This document shows positions 20,784-30,749 of a DNA stretch of 64,000 nt, piece by piece. Made by a program: the position numbers and the translations under genes. This stretch comes from Pseudobdellovibrionaceae bacterium (lineage in GTDB: Bacteria > Bdellovibrionota > Bdellovibrionia > Bdellovibrionales > Bdellovibrionaceae). The notes below the pieces were generated by a model. It worked only from the letters and a program-made list of their open reading frames with translations, made no database searches and was not told the DNA's origin. Numbering within the stretch: position 1 is the first letter of the stretch; every line of letters starts with the position of its first letter. The stretch spans positions 1 to 64,000 of the forward strand of contig JBDHWW010000001.1 of the NCBI GenBank assembly GCA_039810425.1. Direction: 5' to 3'.

Positions 20784-22034
20784 CTAAGGGACCATTTGAC
20801 GGAGTATTTCGAGGGCTTTTTTGACGTTCATGCGGCCCATTGTTTGAACCTTAAACTCGTGGGTCGGAGTGATGTCGACGGATTGCATCAAGGCACTTTT
20901 GATTTGTATTGCCGTTGCCTGTGGACGGTCGCTCCAGAGCAGAGCCGCCGCTCCGGTGACAAATGGCGCGGCCATGGAGGTTCCGCTCATGTAGCCCAGG
21001 CGATTTCCCGGCAAAGTACTAAGAATTTCTGTGCCTGGAGCCGCCAAGTGAACCAAACTAAAGCCGCTATTAGACCAAGAGGCCATATAGTCCGCTGCTG
21101 TCGAAGCAGCCACGGTCAATTGGTTTGGCATGTTGAAGGCCGCGGGATAGTCCGGAGAGTAATCAATATCTGTCCCGTCATTGCCGGCGGCAACCACGAC
21201 AAGGATTCCCTTATTGCTAAGGTCAATAAACGCATTGCGGAGGGAATCCATACAGGGAGCCCCCCCCCAACTTGCATTGATGATCTTTGCCCCGCGAGAA
21301 CTGACGTATTGCAAGGCCAAGATCGCATCCCCAATGGAGCCACCCTTTACGTTATCAATAAAGGGTGCCGGAATCAGTTTTGCCTGTGGAGCCATGCCCT
21401 TCATGTAGCCCTTAGTTGAATCCGCGGCGATAATACCTGAAACGTGGGTTCCATGTTCGCTCACGGCGGCGCCTGGAGTTGAATCTGAAATAAAACTATA
21501 GCCGGCATAGTCGTCAATGAAACCATTGTGATCATCGTCGATACCGTTACCTGGAATTTCCTCGGTATTGTAAGCAATTCGGGGGGCCAGCTGAGTGTTC
21601 GTCGTATCAACGAAGGAATCAACCACCCCGATCATCACATTTTGACCGTAGGCGCCTTGGTCCCAAGCGCCGTCGGCTTGAACCATGTTCTGGCCCCAGT
21701 AATCGTCGGAACTCACATCGTTTGTATTCACGGTGCCAGAGTCGGTACTGCGCTCAAATTTCACGATGCGGTCGTATTCGACTTTGCGAATTCTATTTAA
21801 GTTTGGCTCAAGGATATCTTTTTTGAAGTGATCGAGACTCGCCGCCGTTTCAACCGAAAACCGTCCATCTTCCCACTGCACAATGTAGCGAGAAGTGAGT
21901 GCTTGGCCCGAGCAGCGGGAACTCGCATAGTTGCCACTCTCTGGGAAAACCGAAGTCGTCGTTTTTTGGCTGCAAGCGGAAATAGAAACAGATGCAAAAG
22001 CAAGAGCTATGACTGAGCGAAATCCAACGTCCAT
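20784..22034 (-). CDS. S8 family subtilisin-like serine protease, probable lipoprotein
   Basis: Triad GVVDS / HGTHVSG / GTSMAAP, AAGN oxyanion motif; lipobox ISAC; start at ATG 22034 behind GGGAG. Confidence 0.93.
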   Translation of the reverse strand: MDVGFRSVIALAFASVSISACSQKTTTSVFPESGNYASSRCSGQALTSRYIVQWEDGRFSVETAASLDHFKKDILEPNLNRIRKVEYDRIVKFERSTDSGTVNTNDVSSDDYWGQNMVQADGAWDQGAYGQNVMIGVVDSFVDTTNTQLAPRIAYNTEEIPGNGIDDDHNGFIDDYAGYSFISDSTPGAAVSEHGTHVSGIIAADSTKGYMKGMAPQAKLIPAPFIDNVKGGSIGDAILALQYVSSRGAKIINASWGGAPCMDSLRNAFIDLSNKGILVVVAAGNDGTDIDYSPDYPAAFNMPNQLTVAASTAADYMASWSNSGFSLVHLAAPGTEILSTLPGNRLGYMSGTSMAAPFVTGAAALLWSDRPQATAIQIKSALMQSVDITPTHEFKVQTMGRMNVKKALEILRQMVP

Positions 22035-22163
22035 GTTGTCTCCCGAGGAACCTGCTGGTCCCATCAGTGAGACAAGCGAAGCGAAATACCTCGGTTAGCT
22101 CATCGGCTGGTTTTGCAAATTATACAGTCTTGAAATGGATCAACTGGACCTAGGGCGCGGTTT

Positions 22164-22838
22164 CTATGCGAGGGCTGCTTGCTCAATACAAATAAGCGCA
22201 CTGACCTTTTTATTTTTGTACAGTGGGCCAATATATTTCATATAGAAATCCATTTTGAATTTATCGCGGGATATGCACTCCACCACTAAATGCCGCGGAA
22301 GCGGACCGCTCACGCCGGTGGGATATTTCTTTTGAAACAGTTCGCCGACAAGGAGCACGATGCTCTTTAAAATGTCTTCATCACGACGGAAGAGTCGCCA
22401 CCATTCAATGCAGAAAAGCTCTTCAATAGTATAAGAACAAATATCGAAAAATTCGAGATTGCGGAAAACCTGAATCTGCTCGTCATTGTAAAGCTCCACA
22501 ATGTCGCCGCTTTCAATCCGATCCAAAAAATCAGATTGTGGGCTTAAGCCCAATTTCACAAGTGCGCGCCACGTGAACTTCTTGCTGTCGCGAAGAGGTT
22601 GGCCTTCATCTACTTGATCGCGGCAAAGATCATGGAAAAAACGCAGGCTCTCGATAGCGGCTGTCTTTTCTTGAGGTCGCAGTTGTTCAAAATGGGGAAA
22701 GCCCTCTAAGCCCGCCTGAGTTTTGGTGCCTTCATTGTTTAACATTTTTGCCAAACCAGTCGCTAGGGCAATGAATTCGATTCTCAGCTTTTCGTTTTGC
22801 TTCGACGTATTTTCATTGAATACCAACATGGATGTCAC
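22164..22838 (-). CDS. Hypothetical protein with PAS-like C-terminal half
   Basis: 224-aa ORF 3 bp downstream of the PNP gene; IVELYN...RNLEFFDICSYTIEEL resembles the PAS signature. Confidence 0.7.
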   Translation of the reverse strand: MTSMLVFNENTSKQNEKLRIEFIALATGLAKMLNNEGTKTQAGLEGFPHFEQLRPQEKTAAIESLRFFHDLCRDQVDEGQPLRDSKKFTWRALVKLGLSPQSDFLDRIESGDIVELYNDEQIQVFRNLEFFDICSYTIEELFCIEWWRLFRRDEDILKSIVLLVGELFQKKYPTGVSGPLPRHLVVECISRDKFKMDFYMKYIGPLYKNKKVSALICIEQAALA

Positions 22839-22841
22839 CCT

Positions 22842-23657
22842 CTAGATAGACTGAACAAACTCTTTCAAAAAACCCGTGAATTGCTTCTCAACTTGCTTTG
22901 CGGTATCAGTCACTTCCTGGTGAGACAGCTTCTGACGAGAGATGCCCGCCGCTAAATTCGTAATACAGCTTAAAGCAGCTACGCGCAAACCAAGGTGATT
23001 TGCCGCAATCACCTCAGGCACCGTACTCATGCCCACCGCTTTACCGCCAATCAATTTCAAATAACGAACTTCTGCAGGAGTCTCATAGGTAGGGCCGCTT
23101 ACGCCGCAGTAGATGCCTCTATGATAACGGACATTTTGCTTTTGGAATATTTGTTCCATTTTTTCGATCAGTTTTTTATCATATGCTTCCGTCATATCGG
23201 GAAAGCGGGGACCCAACTCTTTGATGTTCGGGCCCATGAGCGGGTTTGTTCCCATCAAATTGATGTGGTCTTCGACGATCATGAAATCCCCGGCTTGCAT
23301 TGTTTCACCGAAACCGCCGGCTGAATTTGTAAGAATCAAAGACTCAATGCCCAAAAGCGCCAGAGTTCTTGTTGGAAACACAACGGTCTCCATGTTGTGG
23401 CCTTCGTAGTAGTGGTTGCGCCCTTGAAGAACCACGACTTGCTGGGAGCCGACTTTACCGAAGATCAAATTGCCCTGGTGACCTTCAACCGTGGGTGGCA
23501 TGAAGTAAGGAATTTCGTGATAGGGAATCGAGTGCTCAACTTCAATTTCTTTAACGAAAGCGCCCAGGCCCGAGCCTAAAGTGATTCCGACTCGCGGCTT
23601 ACTGGCAGAGATGGAGCGAATGTATTTTACAGTTTCAGTCAGCTTTTGAAATACCAT
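22842..23657 (-). CDS. punA: Purine-nucleoside phosphorylase (trimeric PNP I type)
   Basis: LGSGLG, TVEGHQG, GRNHYYEG, GPTYETPAE, VGMSTVPE. Confidence 0.93.
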   Translation of the reverse strand: MVFQKLTETVKYIRSISASKPRVGITLGSGLGAFVKEIEVEHSIPYHEIPYFMPPTVEGHQGNLIFGKVGSQQVVVLQGRNHYYEGHNMETVVFPTRTLALLGIESLILTNSAGGFGETMQAGDFMIVEDHINLMGTNPLMGPNIKELGPRFPDMTEAYDKKLIEKMEQIFQKQNVRYHRGIYCGVSGPTYETPAEVRYLKLIGGKAVGMSTVPEVIAANHLGLRVAALSCITNLAAGISRQKLSHQEVTDTAKQVEKQFTGFLKEFVQSI

Positions 23658-23665
23658 AAGTTCCT

Positions 23666-24967
23666 CTAGACAAGAGTTTTAAGTATCAAACTCGGACTTG
23701 CCGGTTTTTGCAAGGAGATAGTGACGGAGGATTTGAGCATGGGAACAGCGGATTCTAAGAGCTCTAAATCATCTCCGTGAAGAGTGTAGATGGGCTCTCC
23801 AGCCTGAATGGAATCCGATACTTTAGCATGGAACTCGATACCTGCTGTAGGTGCAATCAAGTCCGTGGTCACGGCACGGCCGGCTTTAATCAAGATGCCC
23901 GCAACGCCGATGGATTCTGTGTTCAAGGCGCTTATAAAACCGGTTTTCTCCGCGGAAACGGTGATTTTATGTTTCGGTTTTGGTAACGCCGCCAGCGTCC
24001 CGCCATGAATCGAGCAGAGTTCTTCAAATTTTTTAAACGCTTTACCCGAAACAAGCATTTCGGTCGCAAGTTTGTAACCGTCCTCGGCTTTTTTTGCTTT
24101 GCCAGACATGTGCAGCATATGTGCCGAGAGCCACAAACTCAACTCACGGGTGTCCTGATAAAAGCGGTGCTCTTTGCCCTGCATGATCTCCACGCACTCT
24201 TCCACTTCGAGGGAGTTGCCAGCAAAGCGGCCGAGTGGTTGATTCATATTTGTAAGCATCGCCACAACTTTTTTGCCGTACCCCTGAGCTATGCCCATGA
24301 GTTTTTGTGCAAGCTCTTCAGCTTCCTCTGGGCGCTTCATAAACGCGCCGGAGCCGTATTTTACGTCGAGCACAAGGCCGTCAATACCTTCAGCGATCTT
24401 CTTTGACATGATGCTTGCGCAAATCAACGGTAAACTTTCAATTGTTGCCGTGACATCGCGAAGGGCGTAAATTTTTTTATCGGCCGGGCAGATTTCTTTA
24501 GTCTGACCGATAAAACAAATCTGATACTTTGCGATCATTTTTTTAAAAACTTGCAGGTTGAGCTGGGTGTTAAAACCAGGAATGCTTTCAAGTTTGTCAA
24601 GCGTTCCCCCGGTATGGCCCAAGCCACGGCCGGAAATCATTGGCACGGCGATACCCGCAGCAGCCACAACCGGGCCGAGGATCAAACTCGTTTTGTCACC
24701 CACGCCACCAGTAGAGTGTTTATCAACCTTAAAGCCCGGGATGTCCGAGAAGTCCACGACCTCGCCGGAGTGAAGCATGGCCTTCGTCAGTGAAAGCGTT
24801 TCATCGGCCGTCATGCCTTTAAAATAAATCGCCATAAGAAGCGCCGACATTTGATAGTCAGGAATGTGCCCCCGAGCATAGCCAAGAATAAATTCCTCGA
24901 TCTGCTCTGGTGAAAGAGCTCCGCCGTTTCTTTTGGCCTTAATAATTTCTGCTGGAAGGAAAGACAT
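23666..24967 (-). CDS. pdp: Pyrimidine-nucleoside / thymidine phosphorylase
   Basis: DKHSTGGVGDK, SGRGLGHTGGTLDKLESIPG, SIMSKKIAEG. Confidence 0.95.
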   Translation of the reverse strand: MSFLPAEIIKAKRNGGALSPEQIEEFILGYARGHIPDYQMSALLMAIYFKGMTADETLSLTKAMLHSGEVVDFSDIPGFKVDKHSTGGVGDKTSLILGPVVAAAGIAVPMISGRGLGHTGGTLDKLESIPGFNTQLNLQVFKKMIAKYQICFIGQTKEICPADKKIYALRDVTATIESLPLICASIMSKKIAEGIDGLVLDVKYGSGAFMKRPEEAEELAQKLMGIAQGYGKKVVAMLTNMNQPLGRFAGNSLEVEECVEIMQGKEHRFYQDTRELSLWLSAHMLHMSGKAKKAEDGYKLATEMLVSGKAFKKFEELCSIHGGTLAALPKPKHKITVSAEKTGFISALNTESIGVAGILIKAGRAVTTDLIAPTAGIEFHAKVSDSIQAGEPIYTLHGDDLELLESAVPMLKSSVTISLQKPASPSLILKTLV

Positions 24968-25632
24968 CAGTAAGCTCCGGTGGCTGTTTGATTTTTAACG
25001 AGCTGTACGCCCGAACTCGTGCCCAGGCGGGTCGCGCCGGCTGAAATCATTGCTTCAGCGGTTGCTTGATCGCGGACGCCGCCACTGGCCTTAACTTGTA
25101 AGGCCTCACCCACTACGCTTTTCATCAGTTTCACGTCATCGACCGTGGCACCACCGCCGCCAAATCCGGTACTTGTTTTCACGAAATGCGCCTGGGCTTC
25201 TTTGCTAAGCTCGCAGGCTTTGATTTTTTCATTTTGCGTGAGCAGGGAAGTCTCGATAATGACTTTTACTGTGCGGCCTTGCGCGGCTTCAACTACTTTG
25301 CGAATGTCTTCGCGGACGTAGTCATATTTTCCTTCTTTGAGCTCACCGACCTGAATGACCATATCGATTTCATCAGCCCCGTTTTCAACCGCCCATTGAG
25401 TTTCGAAAGCTTTTGCCGGAGTGCTCATCGCACCGAGAGGAAAGCCGACGACGGCGCAAACTTTTACCTGCGAACTCTTCAACAGAGTTTTACACAATGG
25501 AACAAAGCTCGTGTTCACACAGACACTAAAGAATTTGTTGTCGAGAGCTTCTTGGCAAATCTGTCGAACTTGCGTTTCTGTGGTCTCAGGCTTGAGGATA
25601 GTATGGTCGATGTATGACGCGAGATTTTTCAA
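24967..25632 (-). CDS. deoC: Deoxyribose-phosphate aldolase
   Basis: IDHTILKP, VGFPLG, KVIIET, FVKTSTGF, KASGGVR; TTG start with GGAGG RBS. Confidence 0.97.
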   Translation of the reverse strand: MKNLASYIDHTILKPETTETQVRQICQEALDNKFFSVCVNTSFVPLCKTLLKSSQVKVCAVVGFPLGAMSTPAKAFETQWAVENGADEIDMVIQVGELKEGKYDYVREDIRKVVEAAQGRTVKVIIETSLLTQNEKIKACELSKEAQAHFVKTSTGFGGGGATVDDVKLMKSVVGEALQVKASGGVRDQATAEAMISAGATRLGTSSGVQLVKNQTATGAY

Positions 25633-25659
25633 AAGGACCTCCCGGTTTCGCTCCTAGGG

Positions 25660-25688
25660 AGGGTATCGAGTTCGAGTTATAAAGTCAA
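25660..25688 (-). promoter_or_regulatory. Sigma70-type promoter of the deoC-pdp-punA operon
   Basis: TTGACT-17-TACCCT. Confidence 0.55.
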
Positions 25689-25717
25689 AAAACTAAGCGG
25701 CTCTTAAGAGCCGCTAG
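25687..25717 (-). terminator. Rho-independent terminator of pilT
   Basis: AGCGGCTC-TTAA-GAGCCGCT stem followed by TAGTTTTTT. Confidence 0.75.
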
Positions 25718-25720
25718 GGA

Positions 25721-26803
25721 TTAACCAATTTTTGTTGCGCCGCCAGGGCTCGCAATGCTTGTATCGCCCTCTTTGCCGAGGAACGTTTTCGCGTCATGCG
25801 CGGAAATCTTTCCTTTTCTGACCAAATCCTCAATATACTTTTCGAAAAGAATCATGCCACTGGAAGATCCTGTTTGCATTGCAGAAGGGATTTGATGGAT
25901 TTTACTCTCACGGATCAAGTTACCAATCGCCTTGGTATTTCTCATGATCTCGTAAGCGGCAATACGGCCCTGACCATCCGCGCGAGTGAAGAGTGTTTGC
26001 GCGATGACTCCACGCAAGCTCTCGGCGAGCATCGTTCGGATCTGTTGTTGCTGGCCAGATGGAAAAACATCGATGATACGGTCAATTGTTTTCGCAGCAC
26101 TGTTGGTGTGCAGAGTTCCAAACACGATGTGTCCAGTTTCCGCCGCCGTCAATGCCAGAGAGATTGTTTCTAAGTCACGCAACTCACCCACGAGCAAGAT
26201 ATCCGGGTCTTCACGGAGTGCGGCTTTTAGAGCGTTGGCAAAAGACTTGGTATGGCTACCAACTTCACGTTGGTTGATAAGTGATTTAATGTTTGGATGC
26301 ACGAACTCGATTGGGTCTTCTACCGTGATGATATGGGCCTCACGGGTGGCGTTGATATGATGGATCAATGACGCCAGAGTCGTCGACTTACCGGAACCCG
26401 TCGGGCCGGTTACGAGGATCAAGCCTTTTTCACAGTCGATGACATCCATGATCGCCGGAGGAAGGTTCAACTCTTGAGCGGTTTTAATTTTCTCTGGAAT
26501 AATACGGAAAACGGCGCCGAGACCTTTGCGTTGCATGAAAATGTTGCAACGGAAACGGCCAACACCCGCGAGTGTATAAGCGCAATCGAGTTCCCATTTT
26601 TCGATGAAAGATTTTTTCTGTTTTTCGCTAAGAATTTCAAAAATCAAACCCTGAACGTCCTGGCTGGAAAGCTCCCTATAGTTCAATGCAATCATGTTAC
26701 CATGAAGGCGGAGATAAGGTGGGGCGCCACTTGTAATGTGAAGATCTGATGCGCCTTGGTCGACCATCAGTTTAAATAGTTCGTCAATCGTTGCCATGTT
26801 CAC
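25721..26803 (-). CDS. pilT: Type IV pilus retraction ATPase PilT
   Basis: ASDLHI, GPTGSGKST, EDPIEF, LREDPD, TGHIVFGTLH, AIGNLIRE (AIRNLIRE variant). Confidence 0.95.
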   Translation of the reverse strand: MNMATIDELFKLMVDQGASDLHITSGAPPYLRLHGNMIALNYRELSSQDVQGLIFEILSEKQKKSFIEKWELDCAYTLAGVGRFRCNIFMQRKGLGAVFRIIPEKIKTAQELNLPPAIMDVIDCEKGLILVTGPTGSGKSTTLASLIHHINATREAHIITVEDPIEFVHPNIKSLINQREVGSHTKSFANALKAALREDPDILLVGELRDLETISLALTAAETGHIVFGTLHTNSAAKTIDRIIDVFPSGQQQQIRTMLAESLRGVIAQTLFTRADGQGRIAAYEIMRNTKAIGNLIRESKIHQIPSAMQTGSSSGMILFEKYIEDLVRKGKISAHDAKTFLGKEGDTSIASPGGATKIG

Positions 26804-26828
26804 CCTTTCACGCAGGTTTTCACCTATC

Positions 26829-26855
26829 TTTTCGGCGAAAAGCCCTTAAAATTTA
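26829..26855 (-). promoter_or_regulatory. Sigma28 (FliA)-like promoter upstream of pilT
   Basis: TAAA-N15-GCCGAAAA. Confidence 0.6.
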
Positions 26856-26913
26856 AATACTCATTGCATTTGTACGCCGATCTGGACTAAGGACAGGTGA
26901 AGAGGTCTTAAGT

Positions 26914-28446
26914 ATGTCAGCAGAAATTCTCATCAATGTTAAACCGCACGAAACGCGTGTTGCCTATATCGAGTCTGGCGTGTTGACGGACCTCAAAATC
27001 GAAAGAAAAACCTCCCCGACCTTGGTCGGCTCAGTTTATCGCGGACATGTGATTCGCGTTCTTCCAGGAATGCAGGCGGCCTTTGTGGACATTGGTCTAG
27101 ATAAAGCCGCCTTCTTGTACGTCGGTGACATCCGTGAAGATGTCGATTCTGGAGCGTATCCTTTTGCGGATTTGGACCGCGATGACGTGCTGGGGGCAGA
27201 CAATGAATCAGAATCGCTGCCACCAACAAGTCATCACAACAAAACCCCGATTCAGGATTTGATCAAAGAAGGCCAATCGATTTTGGTTCAAGTGGCGAAA
27301 GATCCTCTCGGAACAAAGGGCGCGCGCTTAACGACCCACATCTCTTTGCCCGGTCGATTCGTTGTCTATCTTCCAACCGTCCGCCACCTCGGTGTTTCGC
27401 GCAGAATCGAGAGCGACGAAGAACGCGAGCGTCTTCGTCAAATCGTTCAAAAAATCAACCCGCAAGGCGGTGTGATCGTTCGCACCGCCGGTGAGGGCGC
27501 ACAGGAAGAAAGCCTTCGCGCTGATATCGAGTATCTCGACCGTCTCGGCAAAGAAGTTTTTAAAAACTATGAGAAAAAGAAAACCCCAGGCCTGATTCAC
27601 CAAGAGCCGGAAGTGGAGCTTCGCGCCTTGAGAGATCTCATGAGCGAAAACGTTTCCAGTGTTTGGGTGGATGACGTTGAGATTCATAAAAAAGTTGCGA
27701 AATTCGTGACTCAGTTGATGCCGAAATACAAACAAAACATAGTTTATTACGAAGAGAAAAAACCTCTCTTTGATCTTTATGACATTGATATTGAGATCTC
27801 CCGGTCGATGGAACGAAAGATGTGGTTGAAATCGGGTGGCTACATCGTGATCGACGAAGCGGAAGCGCTCGTCGTGATCGACGTGAACACGGGTAAATTC
27901 GTCGGCAAAAAAGACCTTGAAGACACGATTCTAAAAACCAACCTTGAAGCTGTTCGCGAGATTGCACATCAGCTCAGAATCCGTAACTGCGGCGGCATTA
28001 TCATCATCGATTTCATCGATATGGAAAAAGAGTCCCATCGCGAAAAAGTCCTCGACGCTTTGGCGGAAGAGCTCCAGCGTGACCGCGCCCGCACAAACAT
28101 CGTTTCGATGTCTCAGTTGGGCCTTGTCGAGATGACTCGTAAACGCATTCGTCCGAGCCTGATAAAAACCCTTTGTGAACCTTGTTCATATTGCGAAGGC
28201 AAGGGCTACATCAAGCGTAAATCAACAATCGCAAATGAGATCTTCCGTGAACTTGAGCGTGATGGCGGTATCCTTGAAAACAAGAAGACTAACATTGTGG
28301 TTCATTGTCATGCGGAAGTGGTTGATTGGATCTACGAAATGGAAGGGGAAAGCCTTGAACACGTCGAGAAAAAACTCGGTCGATCCATGGCGTTTAAAAT
28401 TGAACCAAACTACCACATAGAACAGTACGAAATCTTCTTCATTTAA
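26914..28446 (+). CDS. rng: Ribonuclease G (RNase E/G family)
   Basis: LPGMQAAFVDIG, KGARLT, IDVNTG, GGIIIIDFIDM, CSYCEGKG; no long RNase E scaffold. Confidence 0.93.
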   Translation: MSAEILINVKPHETRVAYIESGVLTDLKIERKTSPTLVGSVYRGHVIRVLPGMQAAFVDIGLDKAAFLYVGDIREDVDSGAYPFADLDRDDVLGADNESESLPPTSHHNKTPIQDLIKEGQSILVQVAKDPLGTKGARLTTHISLPGRFVVYLPTVRHLGVSRRIESDEERERLRQIVQKINPQGGVIVRTAGEGAQEESLRADIEYLDRLGKEVFKNYEKKKTPGLIHQEPEVELRALRDLMSENVSSVWVDDVEIHKKVAKFVTQLMPKYKQNIVYYEEKKPLFDLYDIDIEISRSMERKMWLKSGGYIVIDEAEALVVIDVNTGKFVGKKDLEDTILKTNLEAVREIAHQLRIRNCGGIIIIDFIDMEKESHREKVLDALAEELQRDRARTNIVSMSQLGLVEMTRKRIRPSLIKTLCEPCSYCEGKGYIKRKSTIANEIFRELERDGGILENKKTNIVVHCHAEVVDWIYEMEGESLEHVEKKLGRSMAFKIEPNYHIEQYEIFFI

Positions 28447-28725
28447 ACCAAAGGCAGAGAGCCTAAATCCCGTGGCCAGCAATGTCTTCAAGCTGCGGCC
28501 CGCCTAGTTCACTGGGTAAGGCCAGCGCGAAAACGTCCTAAATAACTGAAATTACGTCAGTATTGCTTTTTCCCCGTGCTGATAAATCCAGTTGCTTTCG
28601 CGGGGCGCCCAAGATAATCTTTCCAACTCTCCGAAGTTGCTTAAAAAATAGATCTAATCAGTTGACAAAGACTGGTGCGAGGTGGCATTTACACATGGCT
28701 TATTTCGGGTAGCTGGAGGTTATTC

Positions 28726-29310
28726 ATGTACGCAATTATTCGTACCGGCGGAAAACAATATAAAGTTCAAGCAGGTGATGTTCTTCAAGTAGAAAAGCTT
28801 GAGCAAGATCTTGGTAAAGAATTCGATATCACTGAAGTGCTTATGATCGGTGGCGATGCTGCTGTTATTGGTCAGCCAGTAGTTAAGAATGCAAAAGTAA
28901 CAGTTGTTGTTACTAAGCAAGCGCGCACTCGCAAAGTGATCGTATTCAAAAAGAAGCGCCGTCAGGGCTATCGCCGTTTCAACACACACAAACAGGATTT
29001 CACAGAAATCTTCGTCAAGACAATCACTTCTCCAGATGGAAAATCTGTTAAAGCTGAAACAACTCCTAACGTAGTTGATATGATGGCAGCCCGTACTCAA
29101 AGAATCGCTGACAAGCAAGCAGATCGTAAAGCTCGTGCAGAAGCAGCGGTTGGCGGCGGTAAAGCTGCAGCTGAAACTTTGAAGACAGAAGCGAAAAAAG
29201 TTGCTAAAAAGAAAGTAGCTAAAAAAGCGACAGCTAAGAAAGCTACTAAGAAGCCAGCTTCAAAAGCCGGCGCTAAGAAAAAAGCAGCTAAAAAAGCGAC
29301 GAAAAAGTAA
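28726..29310 (+). CDS. rplU: 50S ribosomal protein L21 with a Lys/Ala-rich C-terminal extension
   Basis: MYAIIRTGGKQYKV...FKKKRRQGY; start at ATG 28726 behind GGAGG; about 90 extra C-terminal residues. Confidence 0.97.
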   Translation: MYAIIRTGGKQYKVQAGDVLQVEKLEQDLGKEFDITEVLMIGGDAAVIGQPVVKNAKVTVVVTKQARTRKVIVFKKKRRQGYRRFNTHKQDFTEIFVKTITSPDGKSVKAETTPNVVDMMAARTQRIADKQADRKARAEAAVGGGKAAAETLKTEAKKVAKKKVAKKATAKKATKKPASKAGAKKKAAKKATKK

Positions 29311-29340
29311 TTTCTAATTTATTTGAACGAGGTATAGGTC

Positions 29341-29601
29341 ATGGCAAGTAAGAAGGCCGGCGGTAGTACGAAGAATGGTCGCGATTCACAGAGTAAGCGA
29401 CTTGGTGTAAAAAGATTCGGTGGCGAGCAAGTGCTCCCAGGTACAATTATCGTTCGTCAGCGTGGTACTAAGTTCCACCTTGGCAACAACGTGAAAATGG
29501 GACGCGACCACACGATCTATTCAGTCATTGACGGATTGGTTAGATTTGAGCGCTTTTCTAAAGAGCGTTTCAAAGTGAGTGTTTATCCTAAAACTGCGTA
29601 A
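29341..29601 (+). CDS. rpmA: 50S ribosomal protein L27
   Basis: [24 protein letters not shown]. Confidence 0.98.
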   Translation: MASKKAGGSTKNGRDSQSKRLGVKRFGGEQVLPGTIIVRQRGTKFHLGNNVKMGRDHTIYSVIDGLVRFERFSKERFKVSVYPKTA

Positions 29602-29657
29602 TTGATACAACTCGTCAATTAGCTTTGTACAAGCAACGCTAATTCCAGTAGTTAAAG

Positions 29658-29683
29658 AGGGACCGATGTTCGGTCCCTTTTTT
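29658..29683 (+). terminator. Rho-independent terminator after rplU-rpmA
   Basis: AGGGACCGA-TGT-TCGGTCCCT followed by TTTTT. Confidence 0.85.
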
Positions 29684-29719
29684 GCATTTGAGGCCTATTG
29701 ATTTGGGCACGGTATTCCT

Positions 29720-30748
29720 ATGAAGTTTATTGATGAAGTTACAATCACAGTTTCCTCGGGTCACGGTGGTCCAGGAGCGGTTAGTTTCCGTCGCGAGTCT
29801 ATGATGCCACGTGGAGGCCCCGATGGGGGTGACGGTGGTAAGGGTGGAGACGTTATCCTCAAGGCCTCAAAGCACGTAAACTCTTTGATCGATATTCGTC
29901 ATAACAAGAAGTATCCAGCTCAAGATGGCCTGCCAGGCACGGGCTCAAAAAGTTCAGGTGCCAACGGCGAGGACATGGTTCTTGTTGTTCCTGAAGGAAC
30001 GCTTATTCGCAACATAGAGGGTGAAGTTCTTGTCGATATGACGGGTATTGAAGAACATACGCTCCTGAAGGGCGGCCGTGGCGGTAAAGGAAATCACTTT
30101 TTTAAAACCAGCACGAATCAGGCTCCAGAACACGCTCAACCAGGTGAAGGCGGTGAAGAGCTCGAAATTAAACTAGAGCTGAAGCTGATTGCTGACGTAG
30201 GCATTATTGGTTTCCCGAATGCGGGTAAATCGACATTGATTTCTCGTATTTCTGCGGCGAAACCAAAAATTGCGGATTATCCGTTTACGACTTTGACGCC
30301 AAACTTGGGTGTTGTGAAAGCTGCGGACTTCAAGTCCTTCGTTGTTGCTGACATTCCTGGATTGGTCAAGGGCGCGCACCAGGGTGTCGGTTTGGGAATT
30401 CAGTTTTTAAAACACATCGAGCGTACGCGATTCTTTATTCACTTGGTGGATGCATCGGGCCTTTCCGGCCGTGATCCGATTCAAGACTATGAAGACATTA
30501 ACTATGAACTGGCGAGATACGATGAGGACAGCGCGGATAAAGAGGGCTTCTTTTCTTTGCGCAATCGTCCACAACTCGTCGTGCTGAATAAAATTGATAC
30601 CTTGAATTCCGATCAACTTGAAAAATTAAAAGCCAATTTCAAAAAGAAAACGGGTGTTGAACCGTTGGTGATTTCAGCGGTGACCGGAAAGAATATTAAA
30701 GAACTAGTCATTGAGTTGACTCGTAAGGTTTTCCAAGAGGACATGTAA
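29720..30748 (+). CDS. obgE: GTPase ObgE/CgtA
   Basis: Gly-rich Obg fold, GFPNAGKST, YPFTT, DIPG, NKID. Confidence 0.97.
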   Translation: MKFIDEVTITVSSGHGGPGAVSFRRESMMPRGGPDGGDGGKGGDVILKASKHVNSLIDIRHNKKYPAQDGLPGTGSKSSGANGEDMVLVVPEGTLIRNIEGEVLVDMTGIEEHTLLKGGRGGKGNHFFKTSTNQAPEHAQPGEGGEELEIKLELKLIADVGIIGFPNAGKSTLISRISAAKPKIADYPFTTLTPNLGVVKAADFKSFVVADIPGLVKGAHQGVGLGIQFLKHIERTRFFIHLVDASGLSGRDPIQDYEDINYELARYDEDSADKEGFFSLRNRPQLVVLNKIDTLNSDQLEKLKANFKKKTGVEPLVISAVTGKNIKELVIELTRKVFQEDM

Positions 30749-30749
30749 T

